Shown here: positions 12,401 through 26,100 of the stretch, piece by piece
Layout of the letters: every line of letters starts with the position of its first letter
Numbering within the stretch: position 1 is the stretch's first letter
Source of the DNA: Oikopleura dioica
Taxonomy: Eukaryota > Animalia > Chordata
Assembly: GCA_907165135.1 (NCBI GenBank)
Contig: CAJRAX010000007.1
Location: forward strand, 1 to 64,000
DNA: 64,000 nt
Direction of reading: 5' to 3'
Made by a program: the position numbers and the translations under genes
The notes under the pieces: generated by a model
The model's database searches: none
What the model saw: the letters and a program-made list of their open reading frames with translations, nothing else
What the model was told of the DNA's origin: nothing

Positions 12401-14877
12401 GAAAACGCCAAAAAACGCATCAGAATTTTTTATTTTTTTTTATTTTTATGAACTGTAAATCATCTGAAAACGCCAAAAACGCATCAGAATTTTTTTTAAT
12501 TTTTTTTATTTTTTTGAACTGTAAATTATTTGAAAACGCCAAAAACGCATCAGAATTTTTTTATTTTTTTATTTTTATGAACTGTAAATCATCTAAAAAC
12601 GCCAAAAACGCATCAGAATTTTTCTTAATTTTTTCGATTTTTTAAACTGTCAATTATCTGAAAACGCCAAAAATGCATCAGAATTTTTATTAATTTTTTA
12701 TTTTTATGAATTGTAAATCATCTAATACAGCAAAAACGCATCAGAATTTTTCTCAATTTTTTATTATTTTTATGAACTGTAAATCATCTGAAAACGCAAA
12801 ACAACGCATCAGAATTTTGATTAATTTTTTATTTTTATGAACTGTAAATCATCTGAAAACGCCAAAAACGCATCAGAATTTTTTTAATTTTTTTTATTTT
12901 TATGAACTGTAAATCATCTGAAAACGCCAAAAACGCATCAGAATTTTTCTTAATTTTTTTTATTTTTTGAACTGTAAATCATCTGAAAATGCCAAAAACG
13001 CATCAGAATTTTTCTTAATTTTTTCGATTTTTTGAACTGTAAATCATCTGAAAACGCCAAAAACGCATCAGAATTTTTTAAATTTTTTTATTTTTATGAA
13101 CTGTAAATCATCTGAAAACGCCAAAAACGCATCAGAATTTTTTTTTATTTTTTTATTTTTATGAACTGTAAATCATCTGAAAACGCCAAAAACGCATCAG
13201 AATTTTTTTAATTTTTTTATTTTTATGAACTGTAAATTATCTGAAAACGCCAAAAAACGTATCAGAATTTTTTTTAATTTTTTTTTAAATTTTTATGAAC
13301 TGTTAATCATCTTAAAACGCCAAAAAACGCATCAGAATTTTTTTTATTTTTTTTTTATTTTGATGAACTGTAAATCATCTGAAAACGCCAAAAAACGCAT
13401 CAGAATTTTTTTAAATTTTTTTTTTTGTTTTTATGAACTGTAAATCATCTGAAAACGCCAAAAAACGCATCAGATTTTTTCTTAATTTTTTTTATTTTTT
13501 TGAACTGTTAATTATCTGAAAACGCCAAAAAACGCATCAGAATTTCTATTAATTTTTTTTTTTATTTTTATGAACTGTAAATTATCTGAAAACGCCAAAA
13601 AACGCATCAGAATTTTATTTTAATTTTCTTTTATTTTCATGAACTGTAAATCATCTGAAAACGCCAAAAAACGCATAAGAATTTTTTTTAATTTTTTTGA
13701 TTTGTAAATTATCTGAAAACGCCAAAAAACGCATCAGAATTTCTGTTAATTTTTTTTTATTTTTATGAACTGTAAATCATCTGAAAACGCCAAAAAACAT
13801 ATCATAATTTTTTTAAATTTTTTTTTTATTTTCATGAGCTGTAAATCATCTGAAAACGCCAAAAAACGCATCAGAATTTTTTTTAATTTTTTTTTTGTTT
13901 TTATGAACTGTAAATCATCTGAAAACGCCAAAAAACGCATCAGAATTTTTCTTAATTTTTTTTTTATTTTTTTGAACTGTTAATCATCTGAAAATGCCAA
14001 AAAACGCATCAGAATTTTTCTTAATTTTTTCGATTTTTTTGAACTGTAAATCATCTGAAAACGCCAAAAAACGCATCAGAATTTTTTTTAATTTTTTTTT
14101 TATTTTTATGAACTGTAAATCATCTGAAAACGCAAAAAAACGCATCACAGTTTTTTTTTAATTTTTTTTTTATTTTTATGAATTGTAAATCATCTAAAAA
14201 CGCAAAAAAACGCATCAGAATTTATATTTATTTTTTTTTTATTTTTATGAACTGTAAATCATCTGAAAACGCCAAAAAACGCATCAGAATTTTTTTTTAT
14301 TTTTTTTTTATTTTTTTGAACTGTAAATTATCTGAAAACGCCAAAAAACGCATCAGAATTTCTATATATTTTTTTTTTTATTTTTATGAACTGTAAATTA
14401 TCTGAAAACGCCAAAAAACGCATCAGAATTTTATTTTAATTTTCTTTTATTTTCATGAACTGTAAATCATCTGAAAACGCCAAAAAACGCATAAGAATTT
14501 TTTTTAATTTATTTGATTTGTAAATTATCTGAAAACGCCAAAAAACGCATCAGAATTTCTGTTAATTTTTTTTTATTTTTAGGAACTGTAAATCATCTGA
14601 AAACGCCAAAAAACATATCATAATTTTTTAAATTTTTTTATTTTCATGAACTGTAAATCATCTGAAAATGCCAAAAACGCATCAGAATTTTTTATTTTTT
14701 TTATTTTTATGAACTGTAAATCATCTGAAAACGCCAAAAACGCATCAGAATTTTTCTTAATTTTTTCGATTTTTTGAACTGTAAATTATCTGAAAACGCC
14801 ACAAAACGCATCAGAATTTTTCTTAATTTTTTTTTTATTTTTATGAACTGTTCATCATCTGAAAACGCCAAAAACGC

Positions 14878-15164
14878 TAAAAAAGATGAAGCTTTGAATG
14901 AACACTTCTAAAAATTTAAAATGAAGAAAGAGAAAAAATATCGATAAGTAAATTTTTTACAGATTTTGAAAAAGGGCAGTGAAATAATATATACAGCTCT
15001 CTTTCGTGAGATGGACCTTGTCTTCTGTGTACGCCAGTTTGAAAGGAAGGCTGATGTCCGATGTTTGAAGAAAATTGCCAGTCGAAGCAAACTAAAGAGA
15101 GAGTAAAATCATTGAATTGCCATAACCGTACAGAATCAATCATCGATATATCGATAATATCGAT
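14878..15164. repeat. 288-bp unit, copy 4
   Basis: Same sequence and same left junction. Confidence 0.92.
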
Positions 15165-18100
15165 TTTTTTGAGCTGTAAATCATCTAAAAACGCAAAAAA
15201 CGCATCAGAATTTATATTTCTTTTTTTATTTTTATGAACTGTAAATCATCTGAAAACGCCAAAAACGCATCAGAATTTTTCTTAATTTTTTCGATTTTTT
15301 GAACTGTAAATTATCTGAAAACGCCAAAAAACGCATGAGAATTTCTATTAATTTTTTTTTATATTTTTATGAACTGTAAATCATCTGAAAATGCCAAAAA
15401 ACACATCAGAATTTTTTTAATTTTTTTTTTTTTTTATGAACTGTAAATCATCTGAAAACGCCAAAAAACGCATCAGAATTTTTCTTAATTTTTTCGATTT
15501 TTTGAACTGTAAATTATCTGAAAACGCCACAAAACGCATCAGAATTTTTATTTTTTTTTTTATGAACTGTTCATCATCTGAAAACGCCAAAAACGCATCA
15601 GAATTTTTATTAATTTTTTATTTTTATGAACTGTTCATCATCTGAAAACGCAAAAAACGCATCAGAATTTTTCTTTATTTTTTATTTTTATGAACTGTTC
15701 ATCATCTGAAAACGCCAAAAACGCATCAGATTTTTTAATTTTTTTTTATTTATATGAACTGTAAATCATCTGAAAACGCCAGAAAACGCATCAGAATTTT
15801 TTTTTTTTTTTATATATTTTTTGAACTGTAAATCATCTGAAAACGCCAAAAAACGTATCAGAATTTTTTTTAATTTTTTTTTAAAATTTTTATGAACTGT
15901 TAATCATCTTAAAACGCCAAAAAACGCATCAGAATTTTTTTTATTTTTTTTTTATTTTTATGAACTGTAAATTATCTAAAAACGTCAAAAAACGCATCAG
16001 AATTTTTTTTAATTTTTTTTTGTTTTTATGAACTGTAAATCATCTGAAAACGCCCAAAAACGCATCAGAATTTTTCTTAACTTTTTTTATTTTTTGAACT
16101 GTAAATCATCTGAAAATGCCAAAAACGCATCAGAATTTTTCTTAATTTTTTCGATTTTTTGAACTGTAAATCATCTGAGAACGCCAAAAACGCATCAGAA
16201 TTTTTTAATTTTTTATTTTTATGAACTGTAAATCATCTGAAAACGCCAAAAACGCATCAGAATTTTTTTTTATTTTTTTATTTTTATGAACTGTAAATCA
16301 TCTGAAAACGCCAAAAAACGCATCAGAATTTTTTTTAATTTTTTTTTATTTTTATGAACTGTAAATTATCTGAAAACGCCAAAAACGCATCAGAATTTTT
16401 TTATTTTTTTATTTTTATGAACTGTAAATCATCTAAAAACGCCAAAAAACGCATCAGAATTTTTCTTAATTTTTTTCGATTTTTTTAAACTGTCAATTAT
16501 CTGAAAACGCCAAAAAATGCATCAGAATTTTTATTAATTTTTTTTTTATTTTTATGAATTGTAAATCATCTAATACAGCAAAAAACGCATCAGAATTTTT
16601 CTCAATTTTTTTATTATTTTTATGAACTGTAAATCATCTGAAAACGCAAAACAACGCATCAGAATTTTGATTAATTTTTTTTTTATTTTTATGAACTGTA
16701 AATCATCTGAAAACGCCAAAAAACGCATCAGAATTTTTTTTAATTTTTTTTTTTATTTTTATGAACTGTAAATCATCTGAAAACGCCAAAAAACGCATCA
16801 GAATTTTTCTTAATTTTTTTTTATTTTTTTGAACTGTAAATCATCTGAAAATGCCAAAAAACGCATCAGAATTTTTCTTAATTTTTTCGATTTTTTGAAC
16901 TGTAAATCATCTGAAAACGCCAAAAACGCATCAGAATTTTTTAAATTTTTTTATTTTTATGAACTGTAAATCATCTGAAAACGCCAAAAACGCATCAGAA
17001 TTTTTTTTATTTTTTTTATTTTTATGAACTGTAAATCATCTGAAAACGCCAAAAACGCATCAGAATTTTTTTAATTTTTTTATTTTTATGAACTGTAAAT
17101 TATCTGAAAACGCCAAAAACGTATCAGAATTTTTTTAATTTTTTTAAATTTTTATGAACTGTTAATCATCTTAAAACGCCAAAAACGCATCAGAATTTTT
17201 TTATTTTTTTTTATTTTGATGAACTGTAAATCATCTGAAAACGCCAAAAACGCATCAGAATTTTTTAAATTTTTTTGTTTTTATGAACTGTAAATCATCT
17301 GAAAACGCCAAAAACGCATCAGATTTTTCTTAATTTTTTATTTTTTTGAACTGTTAATTATCTGAAAACGCCAAAAACGCATCAGAATTTCTATTAATTT
17401 TTTTTTATTTTTATGAACTGTAAATTATCTGAAAACGCCAAAAACGCATCAGAATTTTATTTTAATTTTCTTTTATTTTCATGAACTGTAAATCATCTGA
17501 AAACGCCAAAAACGCATAAGAATTTTTTAATTTTTTGATTTGTAAATTATCTGAAAACGCCAAAAACGCATCAGAATTTCTGTTAATTTTTTTATTTTTA
17601 TGAACTGTAAATCATCTGAAAACGCCAAAAACATATCATAATTTTTTAAATTTTTTTATTTTCATGAGCTGTAAATCATCTGAAAACGCCAAAAACGCAT
17701 CAGAATTTTTTAATTTTTTTTGTTTTTATGAACTGTAAATCATCTGAAAACGCCAAAAACGCATCAGAATTTTTCTTAATTTTTTTTTATTTTTTGAACT
17801 GTTAATCATCTGAAAATGCCAAAAACGCATCAGAATTTTTCTTAATTTTTTCGATTTTTTGAACTGTAAATCATCTGAAAACGCCAAAAACGCATCAGAA
17901 TTTTTTTAATTTTTTTATTTTTATGAACTGTAAATCATCTGAAAACGCAAAAACGCATCACAGTTTTTTTTTAATTTTTTTTTTATTTTTATGAATTGTA
18001 AATCATCTAAAAACGCAAAAAACGCATCAGAATTTATATTTATTTTTTTTTATTTTTATGAACTGTAAATCATCTGAAAACGCCAAAAAACGCATCAGAA

Positions 18101-18685
18101 TTTTTTTTAATTTTTTTTTTATTTTTTTGAACTGTAAATTATCTGAAAACGCCAAAAAACGCATCAGAATTTCTATTAATTTTTTTTTTTATTTTTATGA
18201 ACTGTAAATTATCTGAAAACGCCAAAAAACGCATCAGAATTTTATTTTAATTTTCTTTTATTTTCATGAACTGTAAATCATCTGAAAACGCCAAAAAACG
18301 CATAAGAATTTTTTTTAATTTATTTGATTTGTAAATTATCTGAAAACGCCAAAAAACGCATCAGAATTTCTGTTAATTTTTTTTTATTTTTAGGAACTGT
18401 AAATCATCTGAAAACGCCAAAAAACATATCATAATTTTTTTAAATTTTTTTTTTATTTTCATGAACTGTAAATCATCTGAAAATGCCAAAAAACGCATCA
18501 GAATTTTTTTATTTTTTTTTTTTTATGAACTGTAAATCATCTGAAAACGCCAAAAACGCATCAGAATTTTTCTTAATTTTTTCGATTTTTTGAACTGTAA
18601 ATTATCTGAAAACGCCACAAAACGCATCAGAATTTTTATTAATTTTTTTTATGAACTGTTCATCATCTGAAAACGCCAAAAACGC

Positions 18686-18972
18686 TAAAAAAGATGAAGC
18701 TTTGAATGAACACTTCTAAAAATTTAAAATGAAGAAAGAGAAAAAATATCGATAAGTAAATTTTTTACAGATTTTGAAAAAGGGCAGTGAAATAATATAT
18801 ACAGCTCTCTTTCGTGAGATGGACCTTGTCTTCTGTGTACGCCAGTTTGAAAGGAAGGCTGATGTCCGATGTTTGAAGAAAATTGCCAGTCGAAGCAAAC
18901 TAAAGAGAGAGTAAAATCATTGAATTGCCATAACCGTACAGAATCAATCATCGATATATCGATAATATCGAT
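18686..18972. repeat. 288-bp unit, copy 5
   Basis: Same sequence and same left junction. Confidence 0.92.
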
Positions 18973-21373
18973 TTTTTTGAGCTGTAAATCATCTAAAAAC
19001 GCAAAAAAACGCATCAGAATTTATATTTCTTTTTTTTATTTTTATGAACTGTAAATCATCTGAAAACGCCAAAAACGCATCAGAATTTTTCTTAATTTTT
19101 TCGATTTTTTGAACTGTAAATTATCTGAAAACGCCAAAAAACGCATGAGAATTTCTATTAATTTTTTTTTATATTTTTATGAACTGTAAATCATCTGAAA
19201 ATGCCAAAAAACACATCAGAATTTTTTAATTTTTTTTTTTTTATGAACTGTAAATCATCTGAAAACGCCAAAAACGCATCAGAATTTTTTAATTTTTTAT
19301 ATTTTTATGAACTGTAAATCATCTGAAAACGCCAAAAACGCATCAGAATTTTTCTTAATTTTTTCGATTTTTTTGAACTGTAAATTATCTGAAAACGCCA
19401 AAAACGCATCAGAATTTTTTTTTTTTTTTTATATTTTTTTGAACTGTAAATCATCTGAAAACGCCAAAAACGTATCAGAATTTTTTAAATTTTTTTAATT
19501 TTTATGAACTGTTAATCATCTAAAAACGCCAAAAACGCATCAGAATTTTTTAATTTTTTATTTTTAAAAACTGTAAATTATCTAAAAACGCCAAAAACGC
19601 ATCAGAATTTTTTTAATTTTTTTGTTTTTATGAACTGTAAATCATCTGAAAACGCCAAAAACGCATTAGAATTTTTCTTTTTTTTTATATATTTTTTGAA
19701 CTGTAAATCATCTGAAAACGCCAAAAACGTATCAGAATTTTTTAATTTTTTTAATTTTTATGAACTGTTAATCATCTAAAAACGCCAAAAACGCATCAGA
19801 ATTTTTTTAATTTTTTATTTTTAAAAACTGTAAATTATCTAAAAACGCCAAAAACGCATCAGAATTTTTTAATTTTTTTTGTTTTTATGAACTGTAAATC
19901 ATCTGAAAACGCCAAAAACGCATCAGAATTTTTCTTAATTTTTTTATTTTTTGAACTGTTAATCATCTGAAAATGCCAAAAACGCATCAGAATTTTTCTT
20001 AATTTTTTGATTTTTTGAACTGTAAATCATCTGAAAACGCCAAAAACGCATCAGAATTTTTTAAATTTTTTTATTTTTATGAACTGTAAATCATCTGAAA
20101 ACGCAAAAAAACGCATCACAGTTTTTTTTTAATTTTTTTTTTATTTTTATGAATTGTAAATCATCTAAAAACGCAAAAAAACGCATCAGAATTTATATTT
20201 ATTTTTTTTTTATTTTTATGAACTGTAAATCATCTGAAAACGCCAAAAAACGCATAAGAATTTTTTTTAATTTTTTTTTCGATTTTTTTGAACTGTAAAT
20301 TATCTGAAAACGCCAAAAAACGCAACAGAATTTTTTTTAATTTTTTTTTTATTTTTATGAACTGTAAATCATCTGAAAACGCCAAAAAACGCATCAGAAT
20401 TTTTCTTAATTTTTTCGATTTTTTTGAACTGTAAATTATCTGAAAACGCCACAAAACGCATCAGAATTTTTATTAATTTTTTTTTTTATGAACTGTTCAT
20501 CATCTGAAAATGCCAAAAACGCATCAGAATTTTTATTAATTTTTTATTTTTATGAACTGTTCATCATCTGAAAACGCAAAAAACGCATCAGAATTTTTCT
20601 TTTTTTTTTATTTTTATGAACTGTTCATCATCTGAAAACGCCAAAAACGCATCAGATTTTTTTAATTTTTTTTTATTTATATGAACTGTAAATCATCTGA
20701 AAACGCCAGAAAACGCATCAGAATTTTTCTTTTTTTATATATTTTTTGAACTGTAAATCATCTGAAAACGCCAAAAAACGTATCAGAATTTTTTAATTTT
20801 TTTAAAATTTTTATGAACTGTTAATCATCTTAAAACGCCAAAAAACGCATCAGAATTTTTTTATTTTTTTTTATTTTTATGAACTGTAAATTATCTAAAA
20901 ACGTCAAAAAACGCATCAGAATTTTTTTAATTTTTTTTTTTTTTTATGAACTGTAAATCATCTGAAAACGCCAAAAACGCATCAGAATTTTTCTTAATTT
21001 TTTTATTTTTTGAACTGTAAATCATCTGAAAATGCCAAAAAACGCATCAGAATTTTTCTTAATTTTTTTTTTTTGGTTTTTATGAACTGTAAATCATCTG
21101 AAAACGCCAAAAAACGTATCAGAATTATTTTTAATTTTTTTTTAAAATTTTTATGAACTGTTAATCATCTTAGAACGCCAAAAAACGCATCAGAATTTTT
21201 TTTATTTTTTTTTTATTTTTATGAACTGTAAATTATCTAAAAACGTCAAAAAACGCATCAGAATTTTTTTTAATTTTTTTTTTTTATTTTTATGAACTGT
21301 AAATAATCTGAAAACGCCAAAAAACGCATCAGAATTTTTTTTTATTTTTTTTTTATTTTTATGAACTGTAAAT

Positions 21374-22777
21374 GTCCTCTTTTTCCACAGCCATGACATT
21401 CAGGAAGCAAGCGGCATTCTGGGCGAATATGACCTCTTTTCCCACAATTTGTACAAGATTTCGATTGGGAAGATGAGTTATGTTTTTGACCACTTTTGTT
21501 CCTGTTATCCGAGAATGTATTGACTGATCGCTTGCTTTTGTGAAGGTTGTATAGTCTATTAGCAAGTTGGATTCTTCTCATCGGATCACTGTCATCATAA
21601 ACGTCCAATCCCCAATTTTCCGAGTTTTTTATGTAGTTCGGTATGAGCTTTTCAAAGTGTTCCATACTCGTTGTGAGGAGACCTTCTTTGTCCAAATTCG
21701 GATATTTGATTTTCGTCAATTTCATTATTTTTTCAAAAAGCGCTTCAGGTCCTTGTCGCGAGACTCTTCGAATTTGAGATTGGCGAGGGACATGCTCGCT
21801 TCAGCTTCGTCAATTTGTAGCTCATTTTCGAGTACAGATAGAAGGTCTTCATAGTTTTTATTTGCTGTCTGGGAGAAGGACTCAAGTATCGGGCCAAATG
21901 ATTTCGTCGGAATATTTTCCAAAATAAGCTGGCATTTTTCTTTATCATTCAATGGCCGTTTTCGTGAAAAGTCGATCATAAAGATTACTTTGTTTGCCCA
22001 GTCTTTTATTCCGAGACCGGAATCGGCAAACTTTGGAATTCGGTGATTTTTCCATTTTTCAGCCCAATTGTCGGAATCGTCTTTGCTATCAGTTGTGTTG
22101 TTGACTTGGTAGCTTCTTGGCCTCGGTCGCGTAAATGTTGCTTCTTCATTAAACAGCGGGTTTTCACTGAATGTCCGGTTTACTTCGTCTTCAGTCTGTC
22201 TAATGCTTTCATCAATTTGATCTGGACCGTCGTCTACAGCATCTTCGAAAATTGTTTCATTATTAGAACTTTCGCTGGCATTTTCTTGCTCCATTTGAAC
22301 TGCAATTTCTAATCCACTGTTTACGATTGGTTTATTAATGTTAACCGTGTGGATTATTGTTCTTATTGCGTAGATAACAAATCCGGGTAATCCTTCGTCT
22401 GTAAGTTGTAGGAGCTCTTCAACGTCTAATAGCGATGTTCTTCTTCTGAGACTTTCGTTCGTTTTAAAATCGTGAAGTAGTGTTGAAAAAGCTTTGACTT
22501 GATTCCTGTAGACTGGAATTTCTCGAAGTTCGATCGGGATCAGAAAGAATCGTCCGCGATATGTAGAAAAGATAAAAACAATGTATTCAAGATTCAGTTC
22601 TTTCAAGCGTTCAACAATTTCAGCGTTCGTAGGTATTTGATTTGTCTGTCTGTAGTTCGTCTGTGTTTCTTCGTCTCCGTGTACCAATGGAAGAAAAAGA
22701 AGACTCTGTCTTATGGCAGCTGATACTTTACTCGTATAGTGTAACGCTTTGTTTATAATTGTTGAAGCATCTGACAT
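21374..22777 (-). CDS. gag: E4 Gag, split by a 1-nt frameshift in an A-run near 21730 and truncated at the 3' end
   Basis: ORFs 21725-22777 and 21342-21725 join as FLKK-IMKLTK with one extra A. CTNCGKRGHIRPEC is a CCHC knuckle; the second (CHGCGKRGH) is cut by satellite. Confidence 0.8.
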
Positions 22778-22830
22778 GAAACATAAAACCCTTTCCTTTT
22801 CTGGCTCTCTGCTGGGGCGCGAATTCGTAG

Positions 22831-22841
22831 CGAGGTCACCA
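22831..22841 (-). other. E4 primer-binding site, tRNA-Trp-like
   Basis: TGGTGACCTCG two nt after the LTR-terminal CA; complementary (one U-G) to the 3' end ...CGGGGUCACCA typical of animal tRNA-Trp. Confidence 0.7.
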
Positions 22842-22843
22842 GA

Positions 22844-23185
22844 TGAGAGATCCGAACTTTCTCTCGTAGTTGTTCTCTTGGTTTCCTGCAGGAAGGGGAC
22901 TCTACTTGGCCGGTTCTATTGTTTTATTTCAGTAATTCAGAGAGTGTCTTGTTCAGGGTAGTGCAGGGCTATTTCTAGTGCGCGAGGCGCCTGGCCTAAT
23001 GATAAGAGATGAGAGGGGACGGGCGAGAAGTGAGCTCGGGGAAAATTCCGATCCCACATCCCACCCAAGTCCGAGAGAAGCAATAGCGTCAGTGAATCTA
23101 GAGGTGGTCATTCTGGCAGTTCCCGTGGAACCGGCCGAGGATATTTTCAAAATCATACTCAGCAACAAGGGCGACAACAGTATCA
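22844..23185 (-). repeat. E4 5' LTR (342 bp)
   Basis: Minus strand starts TGATACTG and ends CTCTCA. AATAAA (plus-strand tttatt near 22923-22928) lies ~80 nt before the end; the PBS follows. Confidence 0.8.
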
Positions 23186-26100
23186 AACTGTAAATCATCT
23201 GAAAACGCCAGAAAACGCATCAGAATTTTTCTTAATTTTTTTTTTTTGGTTTTTATGAACTGTAAATCATCTGAAAACGCCAAAAAACGCATCAGAATTT
23301 TGATTAATTTTTTTTTTATTTTTATGAACTGTAAATCATCTGAAAACGCCAAAAAACGCATCAGAATTTTTTTTAATTTTTTTTTATTTTTATGAACTGT
23401 AAATCATCTGAAAACGCCAAAAAACGCATCAGAATTTTTCTTAATTTTTTTTTATTTTTTTGAACTGTTAATCATCTGAAAATGCCAAAAACGCATCAGA
23501 ATTTTTCTTAATTTTTTCGATTTTTTGAACTGTTAATCATCTGAAAACGCCAAAAAACGCATCAGAATTTTTTAAATTTTTTTATTTTTATGAACTGTAA
23601 ATCATCTGAAAACGCCAAAAACGCATCAGAATTTTTTTATTTTTTTATTTTTATGAACTGTAAATCATCTGAAAACGCCAAAAACGCATCAGAATTTTTT
23701 AATTTTTTTATTTTTATGAACTGTAAATTATCTGAAAACGCCAAAAAACGTATCAGAATTTTTTAAATTTTTTAAATTTTTATGAACTGTTAATCATCTT
23801 AAAACGCCAAAAACGCATCAGAATTTTTTTTTTTTTTTATTTTTATGAACTGTAAATTATCTAAAAACGCCAAAAAACGCATCAGAATTTTTTTTTTTTT
23901 TTTTTGTTTTTATGAACTGTAAATCATCTGAAAACGCCAAAAACGCATCAGAATTTTTCTTAATTTTTTATTTTTTGAACTGTTAATTATCTGAAAACGC
24001 CAAAAAACGCATCAGAATTTTTCTTTATTTTTTTATTTTTTGAACTGTAAATCATCTGAAAATGCCAAAAACGCATCAGAATTTTTCTTAATTTTTTCGA
24101 TTTTTTTGAACTGTAAATCATCTGAAAACGCCAAAAACGCATCAGAATTTTTTAAATTTTTTTATTTTTATGAACTGTAAATCATCTGAAAACGCCAAAA
24201 ACGCATCAGAATTTTTTTATTTTTTTATTTTTATGAACTGTAAATCATCTGAAAACGCCAAAAACGCATCAGAATTTTTTTAATTTTTTTGTTTTTATGA
24301 ACTGTAAATCATCTGAAAACGCCAAAAAACGCATCAGAATTTTTCTTAATTTTTTTTTATTTTTTTGAACTGTAAATCATCTGAAAATGCCAAAAAACGC
24401 ATCAGAATTTTTCTTAATTTTTTTCGATTTTTTTAAACTGTCAATTATCTGAAAACGCCAAAAAATGCATCAGAATTTTTTTTTATTTTTTTTTTATTTT
24501 AATGAACTGTAAATCATCTGAAAACGCCAAAAAACGCATCAGAATTTCTTTTAATTTTTTTATTTTTATGAACTGTAAATTATCTGAAAACGCCAAAAAA
24601 CGCATCAGAATTTTTTTAATTTTTTTATTTTTATGAACTGTAAATCATCTAAAAACGCCAAAAACGCATCAGAATTTTTCTTAATTTTTTTCGATTTTTT
24701 TAAACTGTCAATTATCTGAAAACGCCAAAAATGCATCAGAATTTTTATTAATTTTTTATTTTTATGAATTGTAAATCATCTAATACGGCAAAAACGCATC
24801 AGAATTTTTCTCAATTTTTTATTATTTTTATGAACTGTAAATCATCTGAAAACGCAAAACAACGCATCAGAATTTTGATTAATTTTTTTATTTTTATGAA
24901 CTGTTAATCATCTGAAAACGCCAAAAACGCATCAGAATTTTTTAATTTTTTTTATTTTTATGAACTGTAAATCATCTGAAAACGCCAAAAACGCATCAGA
25001 ATTTTTCTTAATTTTTTTATTTTTTTGAACTGTAAATCATCTGAAAATGCCAAAAACGCATCAGAATTTTTCTTAATTTTTTCGATTTTTTTGAACTGTA
25101 AATCATCTGAAAACGCCAAAAACGCATCAGAATTTTTCTTAATTTTTTATTTTTTGAACTGTAAATCATCTGAAAATGCCAAAAATGCATCAGAAATTTT
25201 CTTAATTTTTTTCGATTTTTTTGAACTGTAAATTATCTGAAAACGCCAAGAAACGCATAAGAATTTTTTAATTTTTTTTATTTTTATGAACTGTAAATCA
25301 TCTGAAAACGCCAAAAACGCATCAGAATTTTTCTTAATTTTTTTGATTTTTGAACTGTTAATTATCTAAAAACGCCAAAAAACGCATCAGAATTTTTTTT
25401 TAATTTTTGTTTTTATTTTTTTGAACTGTAAATCATCTGAAAACGCCGAAAAACGCATCAGAATTTTTCTTAATTTTTTTCGATTTTTTTGAGCTGTAAA
25501 TTATCTGAAAACGCCAAAAAACGCATCAGAATTTTTTTTAATTTTTTTTATATTTTTATGAACTGTAAATCATCTAAAAACGCCAAAAAACGCATCAGAA
25601 TTTTTCTTTATTTTTTTTGATTTTTGAACTGTTAATTATCTAAAAACGCCAAAAAACGCATCAGAATTTTTTTTTAATTTTTTTTTTTATTTTTATAAAC
25701 TGTAAATCATCCGAAAACGCCAAAAAACGAATCAGAATTTTTTTTTTTTTTTTATTTTTATGAACTGTAAATCATCTGTAAACGCCAAAAAATGCATCAG
25801 AATTTTTCTTAATTTTTTTCGATTTTTTTGAACTGAAAATTATCTGAAAACGCCAAAAAACGCATCAGAATTTTTATTAATTTTTTTTTATTTTTTTGAA
25901 CTGTAAATCATCTGAAAATGCCAAAAAATGCATCAGAAATTTTCTTAATTTTTTTCGATTTTTTTGAACTGTAAATTATTTGAAAACGCCAAGAAACGCA
26001 TAAGAATTTTTTTTAATTTTTTTTTTTTATTTTTATGAACTGTAAATCATCTGAAAACGCCAAAAAACGCATCAGAATTTTTCTTTATTTTTTTTGATTT

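Larger units (their letters stand above)
3076..21373. repeat. AT-rich tandem satellite array, block 1 (monomer ~60-68 bp), containing four more copies of the 288-bp unit
   Basis: Head-to-tail GAACTGTAAATCATCTGAAAACGCCAAAAAACGCATCAGAA(T-rich) monomers with recurrent variants (ctgttcatc, cgccacaaaa, cgccagaaaa, aaacatatcata). Confidence 0.97.
21374..23185 (-). mobile_element. E4: truncated LTR retrotransposon (5' LTR, PBS, gag; cut within the second zinc knuckle)
   Basis: Non-satellite block with a TG...CA-bounded LTR, a tRNA-type PBS and a CCHC-bearing ORF. Satellite resumes at 23186 (aactgtaaatc). Confidence 0.88.

Noticed and set aside
12450-20100. Blocks in which all A/T runs shorten together
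   Set aside because: Concerted shortening of every homopolymer is better explained by read or consensus quality than by biology.
3076-21373. CRISPR-like appearance (constant core with variable intervening sequence)
   Set aside because: The variable parts are T-tracts, not unique spacers; no cas genes; eukaryotic retroelement context.
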